DNA from: Candidatus Micrarchaeota archaeon
GTDB lineage: Archaea; Micrarchaeota; Micrarchaeia; Burarchaeales; JAKAKT01
DNA: 64,000 bases
Assembly: GCA_041305385.1 (NCBI GenBank)
Contig: JBFYLO010000030.1
Coordinates: forward strand, 794 to 64,793
Direction of reading: 5' to 3'
Below, piece by piece: positions 55,201 through 63,113 of this stretch. Below the pieces are notes generated by a model. That model searched no databases and had not been told where the DNA came from. It saw only the letters and a program-made list of their open reading frames with translations. Every line of letters begins with the position of its first letter. Position 1 is the first letter of the stretch. Position numbers and translations under genes: made by a program.

Positions 55201-58015
55201 CGTGGTAATTATCGCCCTCAGCAGCGCGGCTCGGACTCCAGACATTCATGTGGTTTCCGCTGAACACGTTCATTCCTGGAACCACGAGGTCCGGGTATTC
55301 CATGACTTCGAGCATGAGCGTTGCCGTGTTATCGGCCTCGTCGCTTTCAGCCACCAGCCCGTTCGGGGCAGGGGGGTTGTCCACCCAGAGGGTGAATGTT
55401 GTGTTTTCGGTGAAATCGTCTGTAATGGTGTCTGCGAATAAGGGTGTGGAGTCGTAGTACCCCAAGAAAATCCCTTGGCTTTCGTTTATGTAGACGGCAT
55501 TGGTTATTATCTGAACCCCTTCCTGGTAGATTGTGAGGTCGAACGGGTCCACAACCGGGCAGGTGCCAATCCACGCCCTTGAGGTGAACTGAATCGAGTG
55601 GACGCCTGCGCAAAGGCCGTCTGGGACCATGGTGAATGTGTTCACTCTGATGTTCGGGCGATGCGGGAACAGGGTGTGTTCCGCCGTGTTATCAGTCTCA
55701 ATCGACTCTTCGATGAGGTTGAGATAATCTGCAGTTCCCCGGAAGCGGAGCGCCGTATCGTTATCCCACATGTCATAAGCGCCCACAATGCCCTCCATGA
55801 AATCCGCGCCTAGCACGATGTTATAGACCACTGTCCCGGATGCGCTGATGTTTATCCTCCGGAAATCGAGGGGCACATAGAGCCTCGTCCCGTTCGGGAA
55901 AGTTGTGTCTATCGACAGGTTCATGTCCACGTCCCTGACTTCGATTCCCCTTGTTTCCACGGCTCTTATCGTGATCGTGGTGTTCGAGGCGTTCTGGCAG
56001 AGTGTGCCCATAGAAGAAGCTGTGAAGTTGTAGCCATGCCGCGTCACCTTGTAGCTCGTTATATTTGATAGTTTTATGTTCGGTTTGCTGATTTTTATGC
56101 TCGCGTTCTTTTTTTGGTTGCATTCGTCGGTTTCGGATATGCTGTTCTCAGGGTCAGCATAGGCCGTGATATAGGTGTTTTTCGAAAGATTGGCAGTCCA
56201 GTTGATAGAGACACTGGCCCATTGGGATGCATCTAATCCGGGCACCTCGACGGTGCCTATAGTATTGGCAGGCGTGTTGTTGGCATCAATGGTGCATTGG
56301 TCGATGACCGAAGCATTGTAGAGCGTCAGGTTGAACGGGCCGGAGTTTGTCCCACCGATGTTCTGTATGTTTACGGTTATGGTGTAATTTCTCATTCTGC
56401 CGGGAATGCCGCTCCCAGGAGTTATGTTTATGCCCGGTATTTGAAATGTGGGGGCAGGGATCCAGAGATCGGATTGAAGGCCCCTTGCGCGGCCCAGGCC
56501 GCTGTATTCCACTATGCCGACCCTGTTGTTGGTGCTGTTGAGGACTATCCTGAGGAACTCGTTCGAGGCATTTATGGTGATGTTGATTCTATTCTGGTTC
56601 GGTGAAACGCAGTTGGCGAAAATCCTGTATCCGCAATAATCAACGCCTTCTTCTGTAAAAGAGCTGTTGGTTTGACTGCAGCTCTCGCCAGGTGAGCCGC
56701 ACGAGCAGTTGTCACCCAGGAGACATGTGCCTTTTGTGGGAATGTCGCAGCAGCCCTCCGTCTGGTCCGAGCACCACTGCATGCTGCCGGAAACGTCTGT
56801 CACGAGCATGATGTCGCCGGGTGAAGAGTCCACTTGCAGCGTGGCGGCCGGGGTGCCGAGACGAATCGGGACAGTCTTCGAGCTTATTTCAGAGTATATG
56901 AGGGACGAGAAGTTGTCATCCGTCAGGCTCAGCGTCTGTGTGAGGGGAGAGCCGGTTAGGTTGACAGGGGTGCGATTCCCTATGTAGAGCAGCATGTCAT
57001 AGTCGCTCCTCAGGTGCAGCCTCCCGCTTATGCTCGTGATGCTGCCGGGAACGAAGAACGAATCGTAGAGGTTCACGAAACCCTGAATCCCGGGGAAGTT
57101 GTAGAAGCGGGTGGTCATCGACGGCGATGAGAAGCTCGAGCTCGCGTATTTTATGTGGATGTATCCCCCGCCGATGTAATCGTCGGTGAGCGGGGGGTCA
57201 AATACGAAATCGAGTCTGGTCGGCGTTCCCCGTAAGACCTGGCTTAGGCATGCTGGGTCGGTGATTGACCAGTTGCTCACTGCATAGGGGCCTGCTTGCC
57301 TTTCGAAGTGGCCGCAAGATGTCCCGCCAACGTAGAGCGTGAAGTTCCCGCCGAGTGCCATCTCCATATAAATCTCGTTTACTGTTGCATCTGCGGGGAT
57401 GTTCCTTGAGTACACGGTTATGTTGCCCTGCCCCACGAAACCTCCAAAGAAAACATAATCCACATCATTCCTGAATGTGTTGGAGAGGAACGCGCGCGTG
57501 GTGAATCCGTATGTCCGGTTCCCCTTCATGTAGCCTGAGAGGAGCCTCCGGCTCACTGCGCTCATCGGCCTTCCGGACCTCATCTCGCTCGTGTTGTAGG
57601 CAGTCTCTATGGTTTCCCCCGTGTTTATCTGAATCGCCCAGTCTAAATTAGGGGGAACTGTTCCGGAGAAAATGGAAGCCACGAGCTTTCTCGCAACAGC
57701 GACATTGGCCTGGGTCGTGTTCTCCGCCCAGAGGGCGCCGACCACATCGAGCACGGTTTTGTTGATGTCCTCGGGACCGACTGCATTCGTGGCTATGACT
57801 TCCTTGACTACCGGCTCATGCCGGATGTCCCAAAGCCTGAGCTTGGACATGACGTCGATTGTATCCTCGGCGTGGACGTGCAGGTCCTCGTGCATCACCT
57901 CGGCTGAGACCGTCTCGATTGAAAGAAGGGCGAAGACCCCGAATATGGTTGCCAGTATCATGAGGCCGAAAACCGAATCCATTGTGAAAAAAACCCCTCG
58001 CTTCATCATTTCCAT
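52265..58015 (-). CDS. giant pilin-like adhesin (1916 aa): class III-like N-terminus, split vWA domain with a roughly 1000-aa repeat insertion
   Basis: N-terminus MEMMKRGVFFTMDSVFGLMILATIFGVF. MIDAS motif DIMLVTDVSGSMQW and a distal CICCGIIRA...AVMSDGRAN. Ig/CARDB-like repeat signatures. The N- and C-terminal domains are paralogous to the 48567..52277 product. Confidence 0.7.
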   Translation of the reverse strand: MEMMKRGVFFTMDSVFGLMILATIFGVFALLSIETVSAEVMHEDLHVHAEDTIDVMSKLRLWDIRHEPVVKEVIATNAVGPEDINKTVLDVVGALWAENTTQANVAVARKLVASIFSGTVPPNLDWAIQINTGETIETAYNTSEMRSGRPMSAVSRRLLSGYMKGNRTYGFTTRAFLSNTFRNDVDYVFFGGFVGQGNITVYSRNIPADATVNEIYMEMALGGNFTLYVGGTSCGHFERQAGPYAVSNWSITDPACLSQVLRGTPTRLDFVFDPPLTDDYIGGGYIHIKYASSSFSSPSMTTRFYNFPGIQGFVNLYDSFFVPGSITSISGRLHLRSDYDMLLYIGNRTPVNLTGSPLTQTLSLTDDNFSSLIYSEISSKTVPIRLGTPAATLQVDSSPGDIMLVTDVSGSMQWCSDQTEGCCDIPTKGTCLLGDNCSCGSPGESCSQTNSSFTEEGVDYCGYRIFANCVSPNQNRINITINASNEFLRIVLNSTNNRVGIVEYSGLGRARGLQSDLWIPAPTFQIPGINITPGSGIPGRMRNYTITVNIQNIGGTNSGPFNLTLYNASVIDQCTIDANNTPANTIGTVEVPGLDASQWASVSINWTANLSKNTYITAYADPENSISETDECNQKKNASIKISKPNIKLSNITSYKVTRHGYNFTASSMGTLCQNASNTTITIRAVETRGIEVRDVDMNLSIDTTFPNGTRLYVPLDFRRINISASGTVVYNIVLGADFMEGIVGAYDMWDNDTALRFRGTADYLNLIEESIETDNTAEHTLFPHRPNIRVNTFTMVPDGLCAGVHSIQFTSRAWIGTCPVVDPFDLTIYQEGVQIITNAVYINESQGIFLGYYDSTPLFADTITDDFTENTTFTLWVDNPPAPNGLVAESDEADNTATLMLEVMEYPDLVVPGMNVFSGNHMNVWSPSRAAEGDNYHGICFGENVPLDFMVTVTNRGCPTTDDFNVTLSSTPYGGSAPVTLLGTHTLHGLAQGATSYEHFNIVLNTMEDLRMIGWADPENVIVEENEDNNNATYIFQEQVSNLNITRMHVVPDIGAPPYYDPPEYLEIGSFCRVLGVGVNYTVDMNITNDGPCNIYQPFNSSFGFSTTFGTNSLNLYQQTFNGLNRGQVANLHYVWDGINPFLGVHVSEQPEYGFHINGFVDFIPNSTGSIILSGLHRPPAGQGYIWENHEAYGGPTDNYFWSYFENSWVRTAVTNISAAKVSDELVQINATVRNRNANCPAPRDFDVNFFAPNFNGIGDRINKTNTPALQPGESANVSAYWYTTLAFDTLYNIYAWSNPGYAGGATGPEDAFYDEDSWQCHYSIPPPSDCLAINQTTIFISGAGHGAPFIEHLKQVLLAPPQKKPMLRISEFLVSPSRAACGSLSKFRLTATLENYGEGASDGGTVEFYAESEKIGAVDIPIIEPGKSAQVAMKWETLLSSDITFTAAAGSSSKSFLVKDPPCPNSPDTTLFPDGIVDAHDFTNDLTELSAFVNDSETWYETCICCGIIRATNMFIAQSPPGRIRSMAVMSDGRANRGCAGMGPGMTGDAIEDTVQAACNAYNNHGIIIYTVGFGADVDADTLNRTALCANGTYFDARDTSMLMDAYRAIAAQLLNLSYRYQVIETRGANQTILYPDSYLQFTYTPKSEPLEYRDLITTVETDAFPSCSGQFQVPAALTPLNVKVTSYSGNLWTSGVTIDNGTGNWPVFNLSYFGNSFSSLGDPYVIEFDPTDPLGPGAQYPGITSNAPAVITVNVSTGERPGVISATCPNRNRAIYEALIRGSVPFSSVLPEITGRNVRVYYDLDGDGVTDGNVTLPVGKDLKDVPFDPTIVEMPFIEHESETNAVASTLLELMGQLNFITDNSCSGSPEAPGSQCNPIDVKITEDIIMRSVAINEVPYMYGPVDVGVVTWIK

Positions 58016-59223
58016 ACCCTCAAGGTCATGCCTACGGGCTCCCTTTCTGGGCCCTCAAGAATCGCCGTCCTCCGGACAATCACAACCTGCGACTGGAAGG
58101 CGGGAGAAAGGCCGAACTTAAGCTGCTCACCTATTACTGCAACGGAGTCCTGAAGAGGGGCTCCGCCCTCGAGCGAGCCTTCCAAATCCTCTATGTAGTA
58201 TATTCTGCCGAATCCATAATTCCAACGGCATATCATGCAGCGTGAAGGTTCTCCTTCCTGGGAAACGATTGTTTTAATCTCCGCGTCTCCCGGGTCGGAA
58301 TAGAGGTACCACCTGCTCGAGCCGAAGCTGACGCCCCTTCCCAGAGAGTCTTTGGGGAGCATGTGCCAAGGGTCAGCGACTTCTCCATCCCCCCATCCGC
58401 CTGCCTGGTAGGCCCCGTGGACTGAAAAATTCTCATCGATTACGTTTGCGCCCTCAGCCCCCTGCCCGACCACTACCAGTATGCCGCCGTTCGAGAGAAA
58501 CTCCTGAAGCCCGGTTATGTTGAGGTAGTCGTTTGTGAGGCCTATCCCCGGGTCGCTCGGGTCAAGGTTCTCTATTATTATAGTGCGGTAGGAGCTCTGG
58601 TTCATGACCAGGTACTGGTTGAAGAAATCAACCTGCTGGGCGAGGCCCAGTATGTTGTACCTGTGTCTAGGCGAGTAGGCCCCGAAGCTTCCCCCCGGAA
58701 TCTGGGCCTCGGCGTTGCCCCAATAAAGGTCCCATACGAGCCCGGAGCCCTCGATTTTTTCGAGAATTCTCGCCCTGTTCCGGTCCCTCGCATAGTAAGC
58801 AATCGGACTCCTGACCACCCCGCTCGTGAGGTTGTAGCCGTCAGAATCCACGAAAACAACATCAAAATCGTAGGCCGTGCCGTCGGATTGAAGCATTGAG
58901 AGCCCGCCAAGCCTGAGCCTGCTCTTTACATCATCGTAACCCATGCCCATAATGGCAGTTATCTTGTTCAGGGAAAGAACCCGCTCTTCAGTCGCGAGGC
59001 CGATGCTCTTTACGTTGGTGGAGTTCCAGTCAATGGGGTTGCCCGGATTTCTCACCAGAAGGTCGGAAACTGAGAGTGAGAGTGTCTGAAGCTCCCTTCT
59101 GCTCTCGACATCCCTGACCTGGGCGTCGATGCTGCTCCAGACTGTCACAAGAGTCAGGAGGATGGACACGAAAATCGCTAAGCTCAGGACGAAGTCGATA
59201 GTAAGCAGCTGCGCCTTCCTCAA
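58006..59223 (-). CDS. pilin-like protein with a large C-terminal domain (405 aa)
   Basis: MRKAQLLTIDFVLSLAIFVSILLTLV. Its stop overlaps the start of the 1916-aa gene. Confidence 0.5.
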   Translation of the reverse strand: MRKAQLLTIDFVLSLAIFVSILLTLVTVWSSIDAQVRDVESRRELQTLSLSVSDLLVRNPGNPIDWNSTNVKSIGLATEERVLSLNKITAIMGMGYDDVKSRLRLGGLSMLQSDGTAYDFDVVFVDSDGYNLTSGVVRSPIAYYARDRNRARILEKIEGSGLVWDLYWGNAEAQIPGGSFGAYSPRHRYNILGLAQQVDFFNQYLVMNQSSYRTIIIENLDPSDPGIGLTNDYLNITGLQEFLSNGGILVVVGQGAEGANVIDENFSVHGAYQAGGWGDGEVADPWHMLPKDSLGRGVSFGSSRWYLYSDPGDAEIKTIVSQEGEPSRCMICRWNYGFGRIYYIEDLEGSLEGGAPLQDSVAVIGEQLKFGLSPAFQSQVVIVRRTAILEGPEREPVGMTLRVWK

Positions 59224-59227
59224 ATTA

Positions 59228-59644
59228 TCAGCCCGGGGATATTACAACCTCTCCGTTCTGGTTTGAAATCAGATTGTAACCTACTCTCGGGTTCCCGGTG
59301 ACGTTTGATGTTATTATCGGCATTATGTAATAGCCACCGGTCCAGGAAATCTCGACAAACTGGTGCGTTGTGTTCACTGAAAGGGAGTAGCCCGTGTGGC
59401 TTGCCAGATATTCCGGGATGGAGAACCTGTGGGAATACCCCCTGCCGACTATCACTGCAGTGTTGATCTCGGTGGAGACGACCTCCGCAATCCGCTTCCC
59501 GTCCATCTCGGTCCGCTGGGCGTATATCATCTCATCCCTGTCCCTCTCGATGACCATGACAACAAGGAATATGATTATCAATGCTGATATCAGGGCAAAC
59601 AGTTCTATGGCAGCCTGGCCTTTTCTTCCTTTCAAAACCCCCAC
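59228..59644 (-). CDS. pilin-like protein with a class III signal peptide
   Basis: MGVLKGRKGQAAIELFALISALIIIFLVVMVI. Confidence 0.55.
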   Translation of the reverse strand: MGVLKGRKGQAAIELFALISALIIIFLVVMVIERDRDEMIYAQRTEMDGKRIAEVVSTEINTAVIVGRGYSHRFSIPEYLASHTGYSLSVNTTHQFVEISWTGGYYIMPIITSNVTGNPRVGYNLISNQNGEVVISPG

Positions 59645-59675
59645 CCTCGTTCAAGTCCGGTATGGAACTGCAGCC

Positions 59676-60143
59676 CTAGCCGCAGTATCCCCCTTCCCCA
59701 TCTGTTACGTTTATCCAGTTGGAGGAACCTATCTGCACGGCTTCCACTGAAATCCTGTGGGTGCCGGGCGTCTGATGCCTGAGGCACCCGGTGACGTTGC
59801 CGAGCGTTTCCTCATAAACATCGGTGACCCCGTCGTAAGTATAGACGCTTATGGAAATCTCGTGGCCGCTCACGTTGGAGCTTGCAACGTTGTCCGGCAT
59901 GGTAACGTATATGGAGAACTTCGCAGGCGGGCCCTGCACATAGACCGCGTCGGCAGCCTCGGCGATTTTCGTGACAGCGTGCTTCGCATAGGCGACCCGC
60001 AGGTCAGCAGTTGTGCTGCTTATGGTGAATGTTGTCTGGGCCCAGAGCACCAGCAGGATGATGAGCATGAAGCCGACTATTATGACGTATTCTGTTGTTA
60101 TCTGGCCTCGCTTGCTCGCCATGAAAATCATTGGAATCGCCAC
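59676..60143 (-). CDS. pilin-like protein with a class III signal peptide
   Basis: ...MASKRGQITTEYVIIVGFMLIILLVLW (the start is probably the internal Met at 60122). Confidence 0.55.
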   Translation of the reverse strand: MAIPMIFMASKRGQITTEYVIIVGFMLIILLVLWAQTTFTISSTTADLRVAYAKHAVTKIAEAADAVYVQGPPAKFSIYVTMPDNVASSNVSGHEISISVYTYDGVTDVYEETLGNVTGCLRHQTPGTHRISVEAVQIGSSNWINVTDGEGGYCG

Positions 60144-60368
60144 CTTTATAAAGTTATTCGGTTGGCGTTAAAAAAAATCGAATTCCTCGCACGCGCGCGA
60201 AAGAGGTGCGCGATTTCGAAGCCAGTTTCTTATTATCTCTCTTAACGAGCGGAAGAATGGAGCAAATTCAATCTCAACGGAAAGCTCTGGGTACTCCTGG
60301 AGTAGAAAGCAACTTTACTTAAGAGTTGTACAACAACACGTCTGCTGCCAAGTTTTCTGATGCGAACT

Positions 60369-60953
60369 TCAAAACAACGATTGCTTGCTGCTCGGGAATT
60401 GTTGATTGTGCACCTTCTTTCCTGGGCCGGAGTTCACACCATATCTATTTGGAAATAGGTGGTGGTTTCGTTGAGACAATGTCCCGTCTCCAGGTAACTT
60501 GTGGCCGGATGACTGCACGGTCTTTCTTTCAAGTTTTTTCGCTATCTGTTCCGTAATTTCTGGCACTTTGGCAGGAGTTACATCTTTGAACAAAATCACG
60601 TTGGGAGGACGGGTGGCGAGGAGTCTGTCCAATTGTGCGTTAGTGGCTTCACCTGGATGTGTAGAGATTATGAACATTTTGTCGCTTGGATTTATTTCGC
60701 GTATTTTGCTTATAACGGCTTTTAAATCATCATTCCCAACTTTCAGTTGCTCATCCAAAGCTATGAGGAAAAAACAGGGGGTTTTCATGTCTGGGTTAGC
60801 TTCGAACTTTTTTTGCCGCGCCACTAAATCAATTCCGGTGCCGGAGTACACCGGAAACGTAGTGGTAAAGTTTTCGAAAATATAACTTCCTTGTCCTTTT
60901 TGCGTTCCGTCTAGGAAGACCAGATAATTGGAGTCCAACATAACCACCTGCAA
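60369..60953 (-). CDS. hypothetical alpha/beta protein in a low-GC island (possibly C-terminally degraded)
   Basis: The N-terminal 140 aa look globular (LVFLDGTQKG...FIISTHPGEATNAQLDRLL). The last 50 aa are low-complexity. Local GC is about 42% against about 57% for the window. Confidence 0.35.
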   Translation of the reverse strand: MQVVMLDSNYLVFLDGTQKGQGSYIFENFTTTFPVYSGTGIDLVARQKKFEANPDMKTPCFFLIALDEQLKVGNDDLKAVISKIREINPSDKMFIISTHPGEATNAQLDRLLATRPPNVILFKDVTPAKVPEITEQIAKKLERKTVQSSGHKLPGDGTLSQRNHHLFPNRYGVNSGPGKKVHNQQFPSSKQSLF

Positions 60954-61072
60954 GAATTTCTAAAATATTATGCTGAAACAACTTTATAAAGCTTCGTTTT
61001 TTGTTGTTAAGCGAGGCATATGCTGGATTCTTTTGGAAAGTGTTTTATTTGTTCGGGAAACAAGCGAAAAGC

Positions 61073-62359
61073 ATGAGAAATTTTGTCCTTCTCGCCGAGA
61101 AGCTTGGGGCTGATGAATCCGAAGTCTGCCGCCTCTCAGGCTCCTCTTTTTCAGTTTCGAAAGAGGGCGCCGACGTTGAGACCAAGGAGTTCTCCGCGAG
61201 CGAGGGCTATGCCATCCGGGTGCTCAAGGACCGCAGGGTGGGGTTTTCGTATTTTGCAAAAGGAGGGGACGCTGAAGGGGGGATAAAAAGAGCGCTTGCG
61301 CTTTCCAAATTCTCCCATGAATCCGGTTTCCATTTTCCATCATCTTTCGATTACCGTGAAGTCGAAACTTTCGACAAACGGGTCGAGTCCCTGAGCGAAG
61401 AGGAAGGCGTGCGCATGCTGAAGCAAGGGACCGAGTCAGTCAAGAAGCCTGCCGAGGCAGCGAAGGCAGGGCTCGATTACGGCTCAAGCCGGATGGAGAT
61501 TGAAAACAGCGCTGGGCTTTCCATCTCGCGACGCTCAACATACATCTCATGCTTCTTCCACTGCACCCACGGGAAAAGCAGCGGCTCGTCGTTCAGGGAT
61601 TCGCGATTCCTGGACTTCGAGCCTTCTGGAATAGGGAAGGAGGCCTCTGAACGGGCAATCGAAGCAGCGGAGGCCAAACCGCTGAAGACCGGCCCGATGG
61701 CAGCTGTGTTCGAGGCCGAGGCCCTCTCATCGCTCTTTTATTCGCTGCTGCTTCCTTCGTTTCACGGCGAGCGCGCCCATAGGAAGGTTTCGGTTCTGCA
61801 TGACAAGCTCGGGGGAAAAATCTCCTCGGAGGAGCTCACGCTCACCGATGACCCGCTCTTCCGCGGGCCCGGCTCCTCCTCTTTCGACGGGGAAGGGAGC
61901 CCCTGCAAGCCCAAGAACCTAATCCGGAACGGGGTAGTCTCGAATTTCCTATTCGACTTGAAGACTGCTGCCCTGGCAAGGGATTCGCTCTCCCCCTCCT
62001 CTGGGAACTGCAGGCGTTCCTCATACGGCTCCGAGCCCGGCATCGGGTCAAGCAATTTGGTTGTGGAGAACGGCAATGAGAAGGATGCCCTCGAGATTTG
62101 CGGCAAAGGAATTCTCGTCTGCTCGGTTTTCGGCGAGCACACCGCGAATGACCTTACCGGGGAATTCTCGGTCTCCGTGGACAGGGGCTTTGAGATTCGC
62201 GGCGGGAAAAAAGGAAAGCCTGTGCGCGGGAATGTGATTTCCGGAAATGTTTTCGAGCTGGTTAAGGGAATAACGGCGATTGAGAAAAAGCAGGAGAGAG
62301 TTGGGAGTTTCGTCTCTCCGAGAATTGCTTTTGAGGGAATACAACTTGTGGGGAAATAG
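61073..62359 (+). CDS. pmbA: TldD/PmbA family protein (PmbA/TldE-like)
   Basis: GYAIRVLKDRRVGFSYF and the overall PmbA-like pattern. Start trimmed to MRNFVLLAEKLG. Confidence 0.6.
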   Translation: MRNFVLLAEKLGADESEVCRLSGSSFSVSKEGADVETKEFSASEGYAIRVLKDRRVGFSYFAKGGDAEGGIKRALALSKFSHESGFHFPSSFDYREVETFDKRVESLSEEEGVRMLKQGTESVKKPAEAAKAGLDYGSSRMEIENSAGLSISRRSTYISCFFHCTHGKSSGSSFRDSRFLDFEPSGIGKEASERAIEAAEAKPLKTGPMAAVFEAEALSSLFYSLLLPSFHGERAHRKVSVLHDKLGGKISSEELTLTDDPLFRGPGSSSFDGEGSPCKPKNLIRNGVVSNFLFDLKTAALARDSLSPSSGNCRRSSYGSEPGIGSSNLVVENGNEKDALEICGKGILVCSVFGEHTANDLTGEFSVSVDRGFEIRGGKKGKPVRGNVISGNVFELVKGITAIEKKQERVGSFVSPRIAFEGIQLVGK

Positions 62360-62362
62360 ACT

Positions 62363-62947
62363 CTAATTCGGCTTCCCCTGAAGGTTTCCCTGTATCACGT
62401 GCATGAAACTCGAACCCGGTATGTTCGGGCTCGAATTGAGCCTGTATTGGATGAACACGATTCCCTTAAATCTCTCAGTCGAGGGCAGGGAGTCTATGAA
62501 CCCCGAGCCGTCTGCTTGGTAGCATACCACTTTAAGCTCGAATGACTCCCTTGCGAGGACAAACGGCTGACTGGTGCTCGAGACGTGCTGCCCATTGACG
62601 GAGGGATAAGTGGTTCCAAGAGGGGCAGACAGAGGATCGTTCCATACTCTATCAACAGGCAGGGCAGTGGAAGGGTTTATCGCTTGGGCGCTGCATATAA
62701 CTCCTGAGATGACAATTGCATCGTCGAACTGGTTTTTCATCGTGAGCTTGGCCGCTGGGTCGCCCTTCTTCAGGTAGTGGGACTCGCATTGAATGCCCTT
62801 TTGGAAGACGCAGATTTCCGGAGGGTTGAAGAGGGAATCCAGGACTCCAGAGGAAAACAGCGCTGCAATTATTATAATTACGACGACTCCTGCGATGGTA
62901 TAGTTGCTCAGGTACTCGGTGCCAGACTGTCCCCTCAAGTAGCCCAT
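62363..62947 (-). CDS. pilin-like protein with a class III signal peptide
   Basis: MGYLRGQSGTEYLSNYTIAGVVVIIIIAALFSSGVL. Confidence 0.55.
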   Translation of the reverse strand: MGYLRGQSGTEYLSNYTIAGVVVIIIIAALFSSGVLDSLFNPPEICVFQKGIQCESHYLKKGDPAAKLTMKNQFDDAIVISGVICSAQAINPSTALPVDRVWNDPLSAPLGTTYPSVNGQHVSSTSQPFVLARESFELKVVCYQADGSGFIDSLPSTERFKGIVFIQYRLNSSPNIPGSSFMHVIQGNLQGKPN

Positions 62948-63113
62948 GCCTACCTATTTGCGAGGTATGTATAAAAACTTTAGCATGATTGCTTCTCCTC
63001 TTTTTCTGGGAACAGTAACCCCGTAGAACTGCTCCTCGCGCAAGCTCGCGGCGACTGCAGTCTCGCCCACGTCCACAGGGAAAGCCATTTATATTAATTG
63101 AAAAAAAAGTAGT

